From Candidatus Iainarchaeum sp. (lineage in GTDB: Archaea; Iainarchaeota; Iainarchaeia; Iainarchaeales; JAXPJC01): DNA of 64,000 bases. The notes below the pieces were generated by a model. It did not search any database, was not told the DNA's origin, and saw only the letters and a program-made list of their open reading frames with translations. Of the stretch, positions 1-8,414 are shown one piece after another. Position numbers and translations under genes: made by a program. The stretch is taken from NCBI GenBank assembly GCA_016187745.1, contig JACPJC010000005.1:27220-91219 (forward strand), in the 5' to 3' direction. How positions within the stretch are numbered: position 1 is the first letter of the stretch; each line of letters opens with the position of its first letter.

Positions 1-228
1 TACAGTCCTGTCGTTAGGGTGCTCATGCCCCTTTATCGTGTAGAGGCGGTTGAACTGCACATGCGCATAATCGCTCCCAAGGCTTATGAGCCTGAAAACA
101 AATCCCGAATCCCCGTCCGCCTCAAACTCCTCGTTTTCAGAAACCTCAATTTGCTTTATTTCCTCGCTTTTTTTAAATGGAGGCTGCCAGTCCTGCTTTA
201 TGTCCTTGATTTCAAAAACTGCTTTCAT
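1..228 (-). CDS. hypothetical protein, N-terminal part only (gene runs off the left edge)
   Basis: A reverse-strand ATG at 226-228 opens a stop-free frame to position 1 (MKAVFEIKDIKQDWQPPFKKSEEIKQIEVSENEEFEADGDSGFVFRLISLGSDYAHVQFNRLYTIKGHEHPNDRTV...). It is not in the ORF track because no stop lies in the window. No family recognised. Confidence 0.3.
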   Translation of the reverse strand, partial: MKAVFEIKDIKQDWQPPFKKSEEIKQIEVSENEEFEADGDSGFVFRLISLGSDYAHVQFNRLYTIKGHEHPNDRTV

Positions 229-384
229 AAAATCCACCCCGAATTCCCCTTATTCTCTTTTTATCAAAAAAAGACATAAAATTAACGCACTCAGCAAATA
301 AAAACCTTTGCGTTTCATTTGAAATTCAGCGGAAATGTGCCCTCAAAATCATTATAAAGGGTTTTTCCCAAATCTTATGTATAA

Positions 385-488
385 AAGCCCCTTTTCTTTT
401 TGAAAAAGAAAAGGCCCTTGGGTTCAAAAGAAAAACTGCCTTTTCCTATTGAAAATGGAAAGCCCGGGAAAAAGAAAAAAGGTTTCAG
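385..488. repeat. intergenic repeat element, copy A (perfect T-tract palindrome CCTTTTCTTTTTG/AAAAAGAAAAGG, a second AAAAGAAAAA tract and GGTTTCAG)
   Basis: Near-perfect 12-bp palindrome at 389-414, followed by AAAAGAAAAA and AAAAAGAAAAAAGGTTTCAG. Related to the copies at 11174-11241 and 44760-44828. Lies immediately upstream of the nurA ATG (492). Confidence 0.5.
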
Positions 489-491
489 AAA

Positions 492-1604
492 ATGAGCAAA
501 AATCTCAATGAGGTGATTGGCGAGGCTGTTGCAAGCATAAAGGGCACAGAGCAGAAGCGCAGGCTGTTTGCTGAAAAGCTTCTGGCCCTGAAAAATAAAA
601 ACCTTCACGAATTTGAAAGCAAGGAACTTATTGAGCGGAATCTTATTTTTCCATTGGAAATGCGCAAGCTAAACTGCACTGTTGCCGGAGTGGATTCCGG
701 ATTCCTCATGAAAAGCCTGCATGCCGCTGATATGCTCATACTGCGCACATGCGCCGCAATCTTCACATACGCCGGGAGCAACCTCTCAAACGCGCAGTAT
801 TACCCCAACCTCTACTCCTTCCCGATTCCAGAATTGAACACAAAGGCCCTTGAGCGCGATGAGCTTTCCTGCAGCAAATCCCTGAAGCGCCTTTACGAGG
901 AGGTAAAAATGGCAAAGGAGGTAATTGAAAGATTCTCCCCGCATTTCATGCTTATTGACGGCAGCATTATCCCCCAATACGCGGACAAGCCGCGCCCTGA
1001 CTCCTGCGTGATTGACAATTACAAGGGGATAATAAACGAATTCCAGTCGCTTTACAAGGTTTCTGAAAAGCACAGCTGCGAGCTCATAGCGTGCGTAAAG
1101 GATTCCAGGGGCTCAAGGTTCAGGAGCATAATTCAGGAGGAAATACTCACAAATGAAAGGCTGATTGAGGCAGCAATGCTTGATGAGTGCTTTGACTCAA
1201 ACCTCCTTGACTATCTCCTGAAAAAGGGCGAGCGCTCATTCGCATTTTCCTATACCAAAAGCATTTCCGAGCATCCTGTGCTGCATGATTTCTCCGAGGA
1301 ATACGCGAAAAAAATATTCGCGTTTTACATGAAGCCGAGCGCGCTTGACCGCCCCCTAAGGGTAGAATTCCTGCACTCAAATGGCGCGGATTTGACAAAG
1401 CACACGGACGAGATTGCGGGCGCGGTTTATGCGTTAAGTTCCCTGCACAGGGAGTTCGCCTATCCTTCGGTCCTTATAGAGGCGGACTTGCGCGCGCGCC
1501 TCAGGCCCGAGGAGGTTGAAACGGTTTACAACAAGATAATTGACAAGCTGGGAAGGAACTCCGCATTCATGGCGCTAAGGAGAAATTCAAGGCCATTTAA
1601 ATAG
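492..1604 (+). CDS. nurA: NurA-family 5'-3' nuclease
   Basis: 370 aa. Contains TVAGVDSGF and MLIDGSIIPQY acidic motifs of the kind seen in NurA. Lies upstream and co-directional with HerA, the canonical NurA-HerA end-resection pairing. Confidence 0.6.
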   Translation: MSKNLNEVIGEAVASIKGTEQKRRLFAEKLLALKNKNLHEFESKELIERNLIFPLEMRKLNCTVAGVDSGFLMKSLHAADMLILRTCAAIFTYAGSNLSNAQYYPNLYSFPIPELNTKALERDELSCSKSLKRLYEEVKMAKEVIERFSPHFMLIDGSIIPQYADKPRPDSCVIDNYKGIINEFQSLYKVSEKHSCELIACVKDSRGSRFRSIIQEEILTNERLIEAAMLDECFDSNLLDYLLKKGERSFAFSYTKSISEHPVLHDFSEEYAKKIFAFYMKPSALDRPLRVEFLHSNGADLTKHTDEIAGAVYALSSLHREFAYPSVLIEADLRARLRPEEVETVYNKIIDKLGRNSAFMALRRNSRPFK

Positions 1605-1642
1605 GGGCATGTTTTATAATTGATTGCAGGGGATGTTTTTAT

Positions 1643-1912
1643 ATGAAGGGACAGGTTTCAGACAGGATTTCAAAAATGCGCGAACTGCTTGAAAAGGCAA
1701 AAACAGCCACTTCAGCAAAAGATGCAAAAACACTTGCACGGGCCATCCGGGCGCACAAGGCCTATATGCAGGGGCTTTCGGCAAAATACGGGAACCTCCA
1801 ACTGAATTACACACACCTTGACAATGCGCTGGCAAAATTGAATTTAATAATGCAACAAGCCAATAAAAACAAACCGCTGGTTTCCGCCCGCAGGAAACCA
1901 ATAATAAAATAG
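1643..1912 (+). CDS. hypothetical small basic helical protein (inserted between nurA and herA)
   Basis: 89-aa ORF, Lys/Ala-rich (MKGQVSDRISKMRELLEKAKTATSAKDAKTLARAIRAHKAY...). No family recognised. Confidence 0.35.
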   Translation: MKGQVSDRISKMRELLEKAKTATSAKDAKTLARAIRAHKAYMQGLSAKYGNLQLNYTHLDNALAKLNLIMQQANKNKPLVSARRKPIIK

Positions 1913-1954
1913 CAAGGCGCGGCAAAGCGGATTATAGGTTCAGGAGGCTGGAAA

Positions 1955-2221
1955 ATGGAAGTAATAAAAAAATCATGGCCTGAGTTTTTCTCCAGGCACA
2001 AATCAGGGAAGCGCTGTTCTGAAGTAAGGCTCGCAGACTTTGACCTGCGCTCCGGGGACACTATGCTGCTGAAGGAATTCAGCCCCAAAACTCGGAAATT
2101 CACAGGAAGGGAAGCGCGCAGGAAATGCAAAGCGGTTCAGAAATTCAGCCCGCTCAAGCACTACACAATGGCGCAGCTGAAAAAGCACGGCCTTTATGTC
2201 ATTGAATTTGAAAAGGGATGA
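1955..2221 (+). CDS. hypothetical protein, translationally coupled to herA (ATGA overlap)
   Basis: 88-aa ORF whose stop overlaps the herA start (2218-2221). No family recognised. Confidence 0.35.
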   Translation: MEVIKKSWPEFFSRHKSGKRCSEVRLADFDLRSGDTMLLKEFSPKTRKFTGREARRKCKAVQKFSPLKHYTMAQLKKHGLYVIEFEKG

Positions 2222-3777
2222 AGTGGATTAAAATGCAGCAGGGCGATCTGGGAACGGTAATTTCAACGCTTGAGGGCCCTTCCCCCGGAAATGTTGATTT
2301 TGTAGTTAATATTCCTGAAATGGTCCTGCACAGGGGGCAGTTTGTTGAGATGTCCTATTCCGAGGGAACGCTCATCGCAATGATTGTGGATTTGCTAAAA
2401 ACAAACCGCTATTTCGAGCGCGCTGATTCTGTGAAGGAATTCGAGGCTTCCGGAAAAAAAATGCTCGATGTTTTCCCAACCGCAGAATGGGAATATCTCA
2501 TTGCAAGGACAAAACCGCTCGGGGTTTTCAGCCCTGATGGGAAAGTAAAGCGCGCAACCTCCCCAATAAGCCCCGGCACGAAAGTAAGGCTTGCGGGGAA
2601 TGAGAAGCTGCATAAATTTTTGGGATTTGATTCTGAGAGCGGCCTGCACATTGGAAATGTAGAATTCCATGACCTTCCGGTAAGCCTGAATCTCTCGAAA
2701 TTGTTCCAGAAGCACCTTGCAATTCTGGCAATGAGCGGCGCGGGAAAGTCGTACCTGGTTTCAGTCCTCATAGAAGAACTGCTCAAAAGGAAAAAGGAAT
2801 CCGGAAGGCCCGCGGCGCTTATTTTCGATGTCCATGGCGAATACACAAATTTCGGGGAGGCAATAACAGATTCAAAGCACGAGGATTATTCCAACAAGAC
2901 AAAAGTTGTAAAGGCGCGCGACATAAGGATAGGGGTTCCGAAGCTCTCAGCTGCAATCCTCAATTCAATAATCCCTGATCTGAGCTCAGCGCAAGTGAGG
3001 GATGTCGCAAGAATCATAGAGCAGTTGCGCAGGAACATGCAGGCAACAGGCCCGTTTGATTTCAGGGACGTGAGGAATGCAATTTCCGCTGATTCGGAAA
3101 TAAAGGACAGCACAAAGGCTGCTCTAATAGGCTGGCTTTCAGGCCTGGAATACCTGAACCTGTTCGCAAGGACTGACGCGCCAAGCATAACTGATTTGAT
3201 TGCGCCCGGGGAACTTACAGTAATTGATTTTTCGGATATTGTGAACCAGCGCAAGAAGCAGATAATTGTGAGCTATTTCCTGCGCAGGCTCTTTGATTCC
3301 AGGAGAAGCAAGCGCATCCCGCCATTTGTTGCTGTAATTGAGGAGGCGCACCAGTTCGCCCCCGCAATGGCAAAAGAGGAAAGCGCAGTCTCAAAGGGGA
3401 TAATTGAAACAATTGCGCGCGAGGGAAGAAAGTTTGGGGCAAGCGTCTGCTTAATTTCCCAAAGGCCGAAAAGGCTCAGCACAACAGCGCTTAGCCAGGC
3501 AAATACGCACATCATACTGCGCATCACAAATCCCTATGACCTGAAGCACATTGGTGAAAGTTCCGAGGGATTGGACCAGCGCAGCCAGGACATGATTTCC
3601 TCGCAGAGAGTAGGAGAAGCGCTAATTGTGGGAGAGGCAACAAATTACCCTGTTTTTGTGAAAATAAGGGAGCGCAAATCCCTCGAATCAAGCCATGAGG
3701 TTCCTCTCGAAAAGGCAGCGCTTGATTTTGAGGCGCGCAAGGAAAAAGCAGGCGAGGAAACCGAGGAGTTTTTATAA
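2218..3777 (+). CDS. herA: HerA-family ASCE ATPase (FtsK/HerA superfamily), NurA partner
   Basis: 519 aa. Walker A LAMSGAGKSYLVSVLIEEL. ISQRP motif (CLISQRPKRLS) of the kind seen in HerA/VirB4-like ATPases. Walker-B-like hydrophobic strand ending in D/E (LTVIDFSD). Adjacent to nurA. Confidence 0.8.
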   Translation: MKWIKMQQGDLGTVISTLEGPSPGNVDFVVNIPEMVLHRGQFVEMSYSEGTLIAMIVDLLKTNRYFERADSVKEFEASGKKMLDVFPTAEWEYLIARTKPLGVFSPDGKVKRATSPISPGTKVRLAGNEKLHKFLGFDSESGLHIGNVEFHDLPVSLNLSKLFQKHLAILAMSGAGKSYLVSVLIEELLKRKKESGRPAALIFDVHGEYTNFGEAITDSKHEDYSNKTKVVKARDIRIGVPKLSAAILNSIIPDLSSAQVRDVARIIEQLRRNMQATGPFDFRDVRNAISADSEIKDSTKAALIGWLSGLEYLNLFARTDAPSITDLIAPGELTVIDFSDIVNQRKKQIIVSYFLRRLFDSRRSKRIPPFVAVIEEAHQFAPAMAKEESAVSKGIIETIAREGRKFGASVCLISQRPKRLSTTALSQANTHIILRITNPYDLKHIGESSEGLDQRSQDMISSQRVGEALIVGEATNYPVFVKIRERKSLESSHEVPLEKAALDFEARKEKAGEETEEFL

Positions 3778-3920
3778 GATTCAAAGAATTTTATTTAACC
3801 TAAAAGTGCTCTACTTATTTGTCTTGCCATAAGCAAGTTGAAGAATGAGTTTTAATTTAGCTAGAGACCCAGACATATTTGCAGCCACTGACCCAACAAA
3901 TCGTTTATGGTCTTCAAGGT

Positions 3921-4355
3921 CTAGCGCTCCGGGGTACTTGTGTTGAGATAATTCCCAAAAGAAGTAGCAATAAAATCGAAATCCACAGCAGATTCTCTAA
4001 GGAGTATTATGTCTTCTAACAAACTATTGGCATTTTTTGCAGTTATTCCTAAATTTTTCAAATATTCTGGCGCACCTTTTTTTAATATTAATTTACTTTT
4101 TCCCTTATCATAAGATAGTAACATTTTTCTATCCAATAATTGTTTTAGCCGTTTTAGCTGCTCCTTTTCTTTAGGTGGTATATCATATCTCATCTCATCC
4201 AGACGCCGCCGTAAAAGCCAGTTCTCAACAAAAGTTCTCTGTTTTTGGGTTCCAAACTCCATTCTTGCCTCATTGCCCCACGTACCTTTAATTTTTCTAT
4301 ACAATGATTCATTCCCGCCGGGTCTTTTATTTCTTACCTGCACTTTTTCAAGCAT
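3921..4355 (-). CDS. hypothetical basic protein in a low-GC islet
   Basis: 144-aa ORF in an AT-rich stretch (about 3780-4400) whose composition differs from the flanking genes. No family recognised. Confidence 0.4.
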   Translation of the reverse strand: MLEKVQVRNKRPGGNESLYRKIKGTWGNEARMEFGTQKQRTFVENWLLRRRLDEMRYDIPPKEKEQLKRLKQLLDRKMLLSYDKGKSKLILKKGAPEYLKNLGITAKNANSLLEDIILLRESAVDFDFIATSFGNYLNTSTPER

Positions 4356-4405
4356 ATTATTTTTAGGTTCCCATCATTTTAAATTTATTGCTAGTAGATT
4401 CTGAG

Positions 4406-5413
4406 CTACTCAGCAAGCCTTTTCTTCAGATATGCGATTTTTGGCACCGGCTCGGGGTCTTTTCCATTCAGCAGCGCCAGATAGCAGGAAGCCAGCTCAT
4501 CAATGAAAATCACATAATACATCCTTGCAAGAAGCGAATTTCCCTTTGCAAAAATCTCAATCTGTTTGCCGTAATCCTTCAGGACGTCTTTTGTTATTTC
4601 AAATCTCTTCGCAATTTTCGCATCTTCGTTCCCGGAGCGCAGGAAAACAAAAGCAGTATTTTCAGGAAAAATCTCAGAGTTGATTTCATTGTGGTTCATT
4701 TCAGGAATTTCCTGGAAATGCGCAAGCGTCTTGCTGTTCTCATTAAGCTCGCAAACCCACCTGTATGCTGCAGAATCCATTTCATCGCCTGCATAAATTA
4801 TTGGGAATTTTCCCTTAAGTTCGGCTGCAGCATCCCTTGCAATTTCATCAATTTCATTTCTGCTTTCTTCCAGCAATGAAAGCATCTCATTGTAGCTGTT
4901 CTCCTGATTTTTAATCAAGCCAAGTTTTTCGAATATTGGGATCATTGGAAGCGTAAGGAAAGGAACTGCCATGCGGGGCTGCGGCGCATCCCTTGGAAGG
5001 GCAATTCTATATTTTCCCAAGTCTTTCAACTTTCCGCCAGAAGCAAGCCCAACAACTAGGCAGTTTCTCTTCAGCGCCTCTTCCATGCATGCGAGTGTTT
5101 CCTCAGTATTCCCGGAATAGCTTACAGCAAAAACAAGCGTGTTCTCATCTGCATATTTCGGCAGGGAATAGCTGTGATAAGCCTCTATTGGAATAGCGAG
5201 TTCAGTTTTCAACAAGTTTTTCAATATGTGCCCACCGATTCCGCTTCCGCCCATTCCGCTTACAATAATGTTGCTGATTTTCCTGCCATCATTAATTTCA
5301 AGCCTTCTGCCAAGCTCCAATGCATTTCTGCATTGCTCCGGAAATGTCTTAAGAAAGCCAAGCGCATTGCTCTTGTCAAGCTCTTCGGCAAGTTTTGAAA
5401 AATCAGGCCCCAT
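4406..5413 (-). CDS. pgi: bifunctional phosphoglucose/phosphomannose isomerase (SIS domain, archaeal PGI/PMI type)
   Basis: 335 aa. SIS-domain signatures SGMGGSGIGG and VSYSGNTEET. Size and architecture match the archaeal bifunctional PGI/PMI family. Confidence 0.7.
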   Translation of the reverse strand: MGPDFSKLAEELDKSNALGFLKTFPEQCRNALELGRRLEINDGRKISNIIVSGMGGSGIGGHILKNLLKTELAIPIEAYHSYSLPKYADENTLVFAVSYSGNTEETLACMEEALKRNCLVVGLASGGKLKDLGKYRIALPRDAPQPRMAVPFLTLPMIPIFEKLGLIKNQENSYNEMLSLLEESRNEIDEIARDAAAELKGKFPIIYAGDEMDSAAYRWVCELNENSKTLAHFQEIPEMNHNEINSEIFPENTAFVFLRSGNEDAKIAKRFEITKDVLKDYGKQIEIFAKGNSLLARMYYVIFIDELASCYLALLNGKDPEPVPKIAYLKKRLAE

Positions 5414-5470
5414 GGTAAAAACAACGCGCTCCCTTGGTTAAAAAGTATTTTGGTTCAAAATTGCCAAGCA

Positions 5471-5509
5471 ACTTTCACCGGCGGAATGCCCCCGAAAGCG
5501 TTTATAATC
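5471..5509 (+). promoter_or_regulatory. promoter module (TTTCACCGGCGGAATG + purine-rich BRE-like CGAAAGCG + TATA box TTTATAA); leaderless for the PIN gene
   Basis: TTTATAA at 5501-5507 lies 29 nt before the ATG at 5530. A near-identical 38-nt module recurs at 6257-6298. Confidence 0.55.
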
Positions 5510-5529
5510 CCGCCTGCGGAAGTTCCTTC

Positions 5530-5955
5530 ATGGAGCAATTGATTTACATTGACACAAACGTCTGGATTGATTTCTGGGAAGACCGCAGGGACAATGTCAG
5601 GCCGCTCGGCGAGTTTGCGTTTCAGCTGCTGAAAAAGGCATATGAGTGCAAATACCGCATAATTGTTTCAGGGCTAGTTATAGATGAATTGGATTTGTTC
5701 TACTCAAAAGAGACTATTATTGAAATTATGAAGAATTTGAGAGCTTCAGGAAAATATCAACCTCTCAAAGTTTTGGAGCAAGACAGATTGCAAGCGGAAG
5801 AGACTGCAAAGGAGACGGGAACAAGCTATAATGATGCGCTTCATGCAATATTGGCCAATAGAGCTAATGCTGACTATTTGGTTACAAGGAACTTGAAGGA
5901 TTTTGAGAGGCTTTCTGATTTAAATAAAACCGTGCTCCCTGAGAATCTGCTCTGA
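5530..5955 (+). CDS. PIN-domain protein (VapC-like toxin)
   Basis: N-terminal LIYIDTNVWIDFWED is a typical PIN first acidic motif. The start is chosen at MEQL (5530), 29 nt after the TATA box; the track ORF starts earlier at 5434. Confidence 0.6.
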   Translation: MEQLIYIDTNVWIDFWEDRRDNVRPLGEFAFQLLKKAYECKYRIIVSGLVIDELDLFYSKETIIEIMKNLRASGKYQPLKVLEQDRLQAEETAKETGTSYNDALHAILANRANADYLVTRNLKDFERLSDLNKTVLPENLL

Positions 5956-6207
5956 CCTTTCCGGCGTGTGCGCCCTTGCAATCTTTTCCCTGATTTCCGG
6001 GGTCAATCCCTTGCCCTTCCCCCTGAGCATTCCGCGCTGCTTAGGAAGGTTTTCAAGCGCCTTTCTCCTGTAATATTCTGTTATGATGCCCCTTATTCCT
6101 TCCCTCACAAGCTCCGCCTGGTTGCTGAACAGCCCCGAATGTATTAATTCATCCATGCTGCTTTTCAGTTCAGCGCCAATTCTTATGTGGATTAAACTAT
6201 TTGCCAT
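5920..6207 (-). CDS. ribbon-helix-helix (CopG/VapB-like) DNA-binding protein
   Basis: 95 aa. IHIRIGAELKSSMDELI...SNQAELVREGIRGII fits the RHH beta-alpha-alpha pattern. Convergent with the PIN gene and overlaps it by 36 nt. Its own TATA (rc TTTTTATAC) lies about 25 nt upstream. Confidence 0.55.
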   Translation of the reverse strand: MANSLIHIRIGAELKSSMDELIHSGLFSNQAELVREGIRGIITEYYRRKALENLPKQRGMLRGKGKGLTPEIREKIARAHTPERSEQILREHGFI

Positions 6208-6256
6208 TTTCTCCCATAACTAGGTATATCATAACAGTATAAAAATGATATAGCCA

Positions 6257-6298
6257 GTTTCACCGGCGGAATGGTCCCGAAAGTGTTTATAAAGGCCT
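6257..6298 (+). promoter_or_regulatory. second copy of the 38-nt promoter module (TATA TTTATAA at 6286-6292), leaderless for the 6315 gene
   Basis: GTTTCACCGGCGGAATGGTCCCGAAAGTGTTTATAA differs from the 5471 copy at 3 positions. TATA-to-ATG spacing is identical (29 nt). Confidence 0.55.
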
Positions 6299-6314
6299 GA
6301 AACAAGCTTCTTCC

Positions 6315-7898
6315 ATGGACTCCCTAACTCCCAATATAAGGGTGCCCGTGTCATTATCCGCCCCGGGCAAGAATGCAATTTCCAATGCTGTGCTGTATTT
6401 GTCCAATGCAGCCTATCTCCCGGAAAGGCAGGAGGTAGTTATTGAATTTTCCAACCGCGCGCAGAAAATTACAAGGCCGTTTTATTTCCTCCCATGCATG
6501 CACGTAAACCCGAACGGAAGCAGGGAGTTGCTCATCGAGCTTCTTTCAGCATATGAGAACAAGAAAATAAAATTCGGGGAATGCGGAAATAAAATAATCA
6601 GGATTACGGCAGCAACTTTCGCTGACCTGCAGAAGGCAGCAGTTATGCTCCAATCAACCCTGCAGTTAAGCCCGGTAATAATTTCCCCTGAAAGGCAGTT
6701 TTTGCTCCAGATGGGCTGGAGCTATTTTGATGCCTTTGTTTTTCCTTCCAATGAGCCTGAAAAAATTGAAGTGCCCTCAATTCCCAATGTGAAATTTGAA
6801 TTCCTGCATGATTCCACAAGGCGCATTTTCTCCTCAATGCTTAATGAGGAAAAGGCTGTTGCCTCAGGCCTTGCTGAAGCCCTGGTAAAGTCAAACATGC
6901 TCACGCTTCCAATAAACGCGCTTCCCGAAACAAAGCAGGAGATTGCCGAGGCCTGGCTTGAAAAAATATTCTTCAAACATGGCTTTGCGCTTTCCGAAGC
7001 GCACATCCCGAAAGCGCCATTCGCGGAAAGCCGGCAGAAGGGCTTCCATTCGAAGGACGCACTAATGGAAGTGAATTTCTCAGAGGTATGGCCCCTGCTT
7101 ATTACAAAATCATTCTTCAACCTGGGCTTTGAAACGCTCAATTGCGCATGCTGCGCGCCGGAAAATCTCCAATCCGGAAATTTATTTCCGAATTCGCCCG
7201 TGAATGTGAAATTCCTCGCGCACGCCAACTATTTTGAATCCATATCAGAGAGCTTCGCCCTTAACTATCATATTTCCAATCCGAACAGGGACTCAAGGAT
7301 TGCAAGGATGCAGGAATTCTGCCTGCAGGCAATTCCTGTCGGGCCAACAACAAAGGACAGGGAAATGCTTATTCCCCTGCATGACGCAAAGCAGCTGCAG
7401 GATGAAAAGTCCGCGCAGATAATGCCCTCAGGCCATAAACTTCTCTGGGGCTGCAGGAAAAAGGAGAGCTTCCTCTCTCTGGAAATTTCAGAATTGCACA
7501 AAAAGATTGCAGGGCTGGAAGCGCTTATTGCGGAAATTGAGAAAAGGCATTCGGAAAAATTCGGCCTGAACTGCTTTGCCGAACTGGAAAAAAACGAGAA
7601 ATACAATTACGCCCTGCAGAAGCTTTCCTGCCTCAAGGCTCTTTTCACATATCTGCCCCGGCATCTCGGGTGCAGGAGCTCAAGGTTTTATTCGGAAACC
7701 ATTGCGGATTCCCTGCAGGCAATAGAGAAAAGCGTGATGCTCGGCTTCAGGGAGTTTACCTCGGCGCAAGGCATAAGGTGCTTCGCATTCCGGAACAAGG
7801 CGTTCATTGAAGGCAAGGAGGCGCTTGCCATCGCAAAGGGATTTTCGGGCCTTGCAAGCCTTCCCGAGCCCTCAATCGGCAAGAGGCACGATTTTTAA
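6315..7898 (+). CDS. large conserved hypothetical protein (527 aa)
   Basis: Long uninterrupted ORF behind a convincing promoter. No recognisable catalytic motif by eye (contains SYFDAFVF and NCACCAPEN segments). Confidence 0.5.
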   Translation: MDSLTPNIRVPVSLSAPGKNAISNAVLYLSNAAYLPERQEVVIEFSNRAQKITRPFYFLPCMHVNPNGSRELLIELLSAYENKKIKFGECGNKIIRITAATFADLQKAAVMLQSTLQLSPVIISPERQFLLQMGWSYFDAFVFPSNEPEKIEVPSIPNVKFEFLHDSTRRIFSSMLNEEKAVASGLAEALVKSNMLTLPINALPETKQEIAEAWLEKIFFKHGFALSEAHIPKAPFAESRQKGFHSKDALMEVNFSEVWPLLITKSFFNLGFETLNCACCAPENLQSGNLFPNSPVNVKFLAHANYFESISESFALNYHISNPNRDSRIARMQEFCLQAIPVGPTTKDREMLIPLHDAKQLQDEKSAQIMPSGHKLLWGCRKKESFLSLEISELHKKIAGLEALIAEIEKRHSEKFGLNCFAELEKNEKYNYALQKLSCLKALFTYLPRHLGCRSSRFYSETIADSLQAIEKSVMLGFREFTSAQGIRCFAFRNKAFIEGKEALAIAKGFSGLASLPEPSIGKRHDF

Positions 7899-7947
7899 AG
7901 GTTTTTATAGCTATTCTTAATATTCATTCTGGCTATTTGTGGTTGAT

Positions 7948-8154
7948 ATGGAAAAGCTTACTAGATTTGAGGTTACAAGGCTCATTTCAGCAAGGGCGCT
8001 GCAGCTCTCCCTCGGGGCAAGCCCATTAATTGAGCAGGAAAAGGGCGTATCGCTGTACGAGCTTGCGAAACTTGAGCTTGAGAAGAAAGTGCTTCCGCTT
8101 GCGGTAATGCGCGCCTATCCCAACGGGGAAATAAGGCGCATAGATGTGAGCTGA
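7948..8154 (+). CDS. rpoK: DNA-directed RNA polymerase subunit K (Rpb6/omega homolog)
   Basis: LTRFEVTRLISARALQLSLGASP matches the conserved RpoK/Rpb6 core. ATG at 7948; the track uses a GTG at 7939. Confidence 0.7.
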   Translation: MEKLTRFEVTRLISARALQLSLGASPLIEQEKGVSLYELAKLELEKKVLPLAVMRAYPNGEIRRIDVS

Positions 8155-8171
8155 TTTTAGGGAGTGAAAAA

Positions 8172-8366
8172 ATGGGAAAGGCAGTTCCAAAAAACCTGAA
8201 ATCGCGCGCGTCCATACTGATTAAGGAATTCCCCGACAAATTCACAATAGATTTTGACAAGAACAAGCAGTTCCTCAATTCACTGCAGCTTCCATTCACA
8301 AACGAAGTAAGGAATCTCATTGCGGGTTACATAACAAGAAAGGTCAAGCAGAAGCACGCTTCATAA
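8172..8366 (+). CDS. rps17e: 30S ribosomal protein S17e
   Basis: 64 aa. MGKAVPKNLKSRASILIKEFPDKFTIDFDKNK...VRNLIAGYITRK matches the S17e pattern (MGxVRPxxIKRxAxxLxExYPxxFTxDF...RNRIAGYITR). Confidence 0.75.
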   Translation: MGKAVPKNLKSRASILIKEFPDKFTIDFDKNKQFLNSLQLPFTNEVRNLIAGYITRKVKQKHAS

Positions 8367-8414
8367 ATCAGAAACCTTAGGTTTCCTCAAACTTCCTCTC
8401 TTCCAAAACATCCT

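Noticed and set aside
19-301. Track ORFs 19-279 and 86-301 on the plus strand at the left edge
   Set aside because: Low-complexity translations. The minus strand holds a much more protein-like open frame (ATG at 226-228 running off the edge), which is annotated instead.
375-608. Minus-strand ORF 375-608 (77 aa)
   Set aside because: It overlaps the nurA start and the AAAAGAAAA repeat element. Its translation is Phe/Lys-rich from the T-tracts. Not coding.
4388-4879. Plus-strand ORF antisense to pgi (163 aa), and similar antisense ORFs inside the cpgS-like gene, cca, thrS, cdc48, pheT and pheS
   Set aside because: They lie entirely within strongly supported genes on the other strand and show no motif or promoter support.
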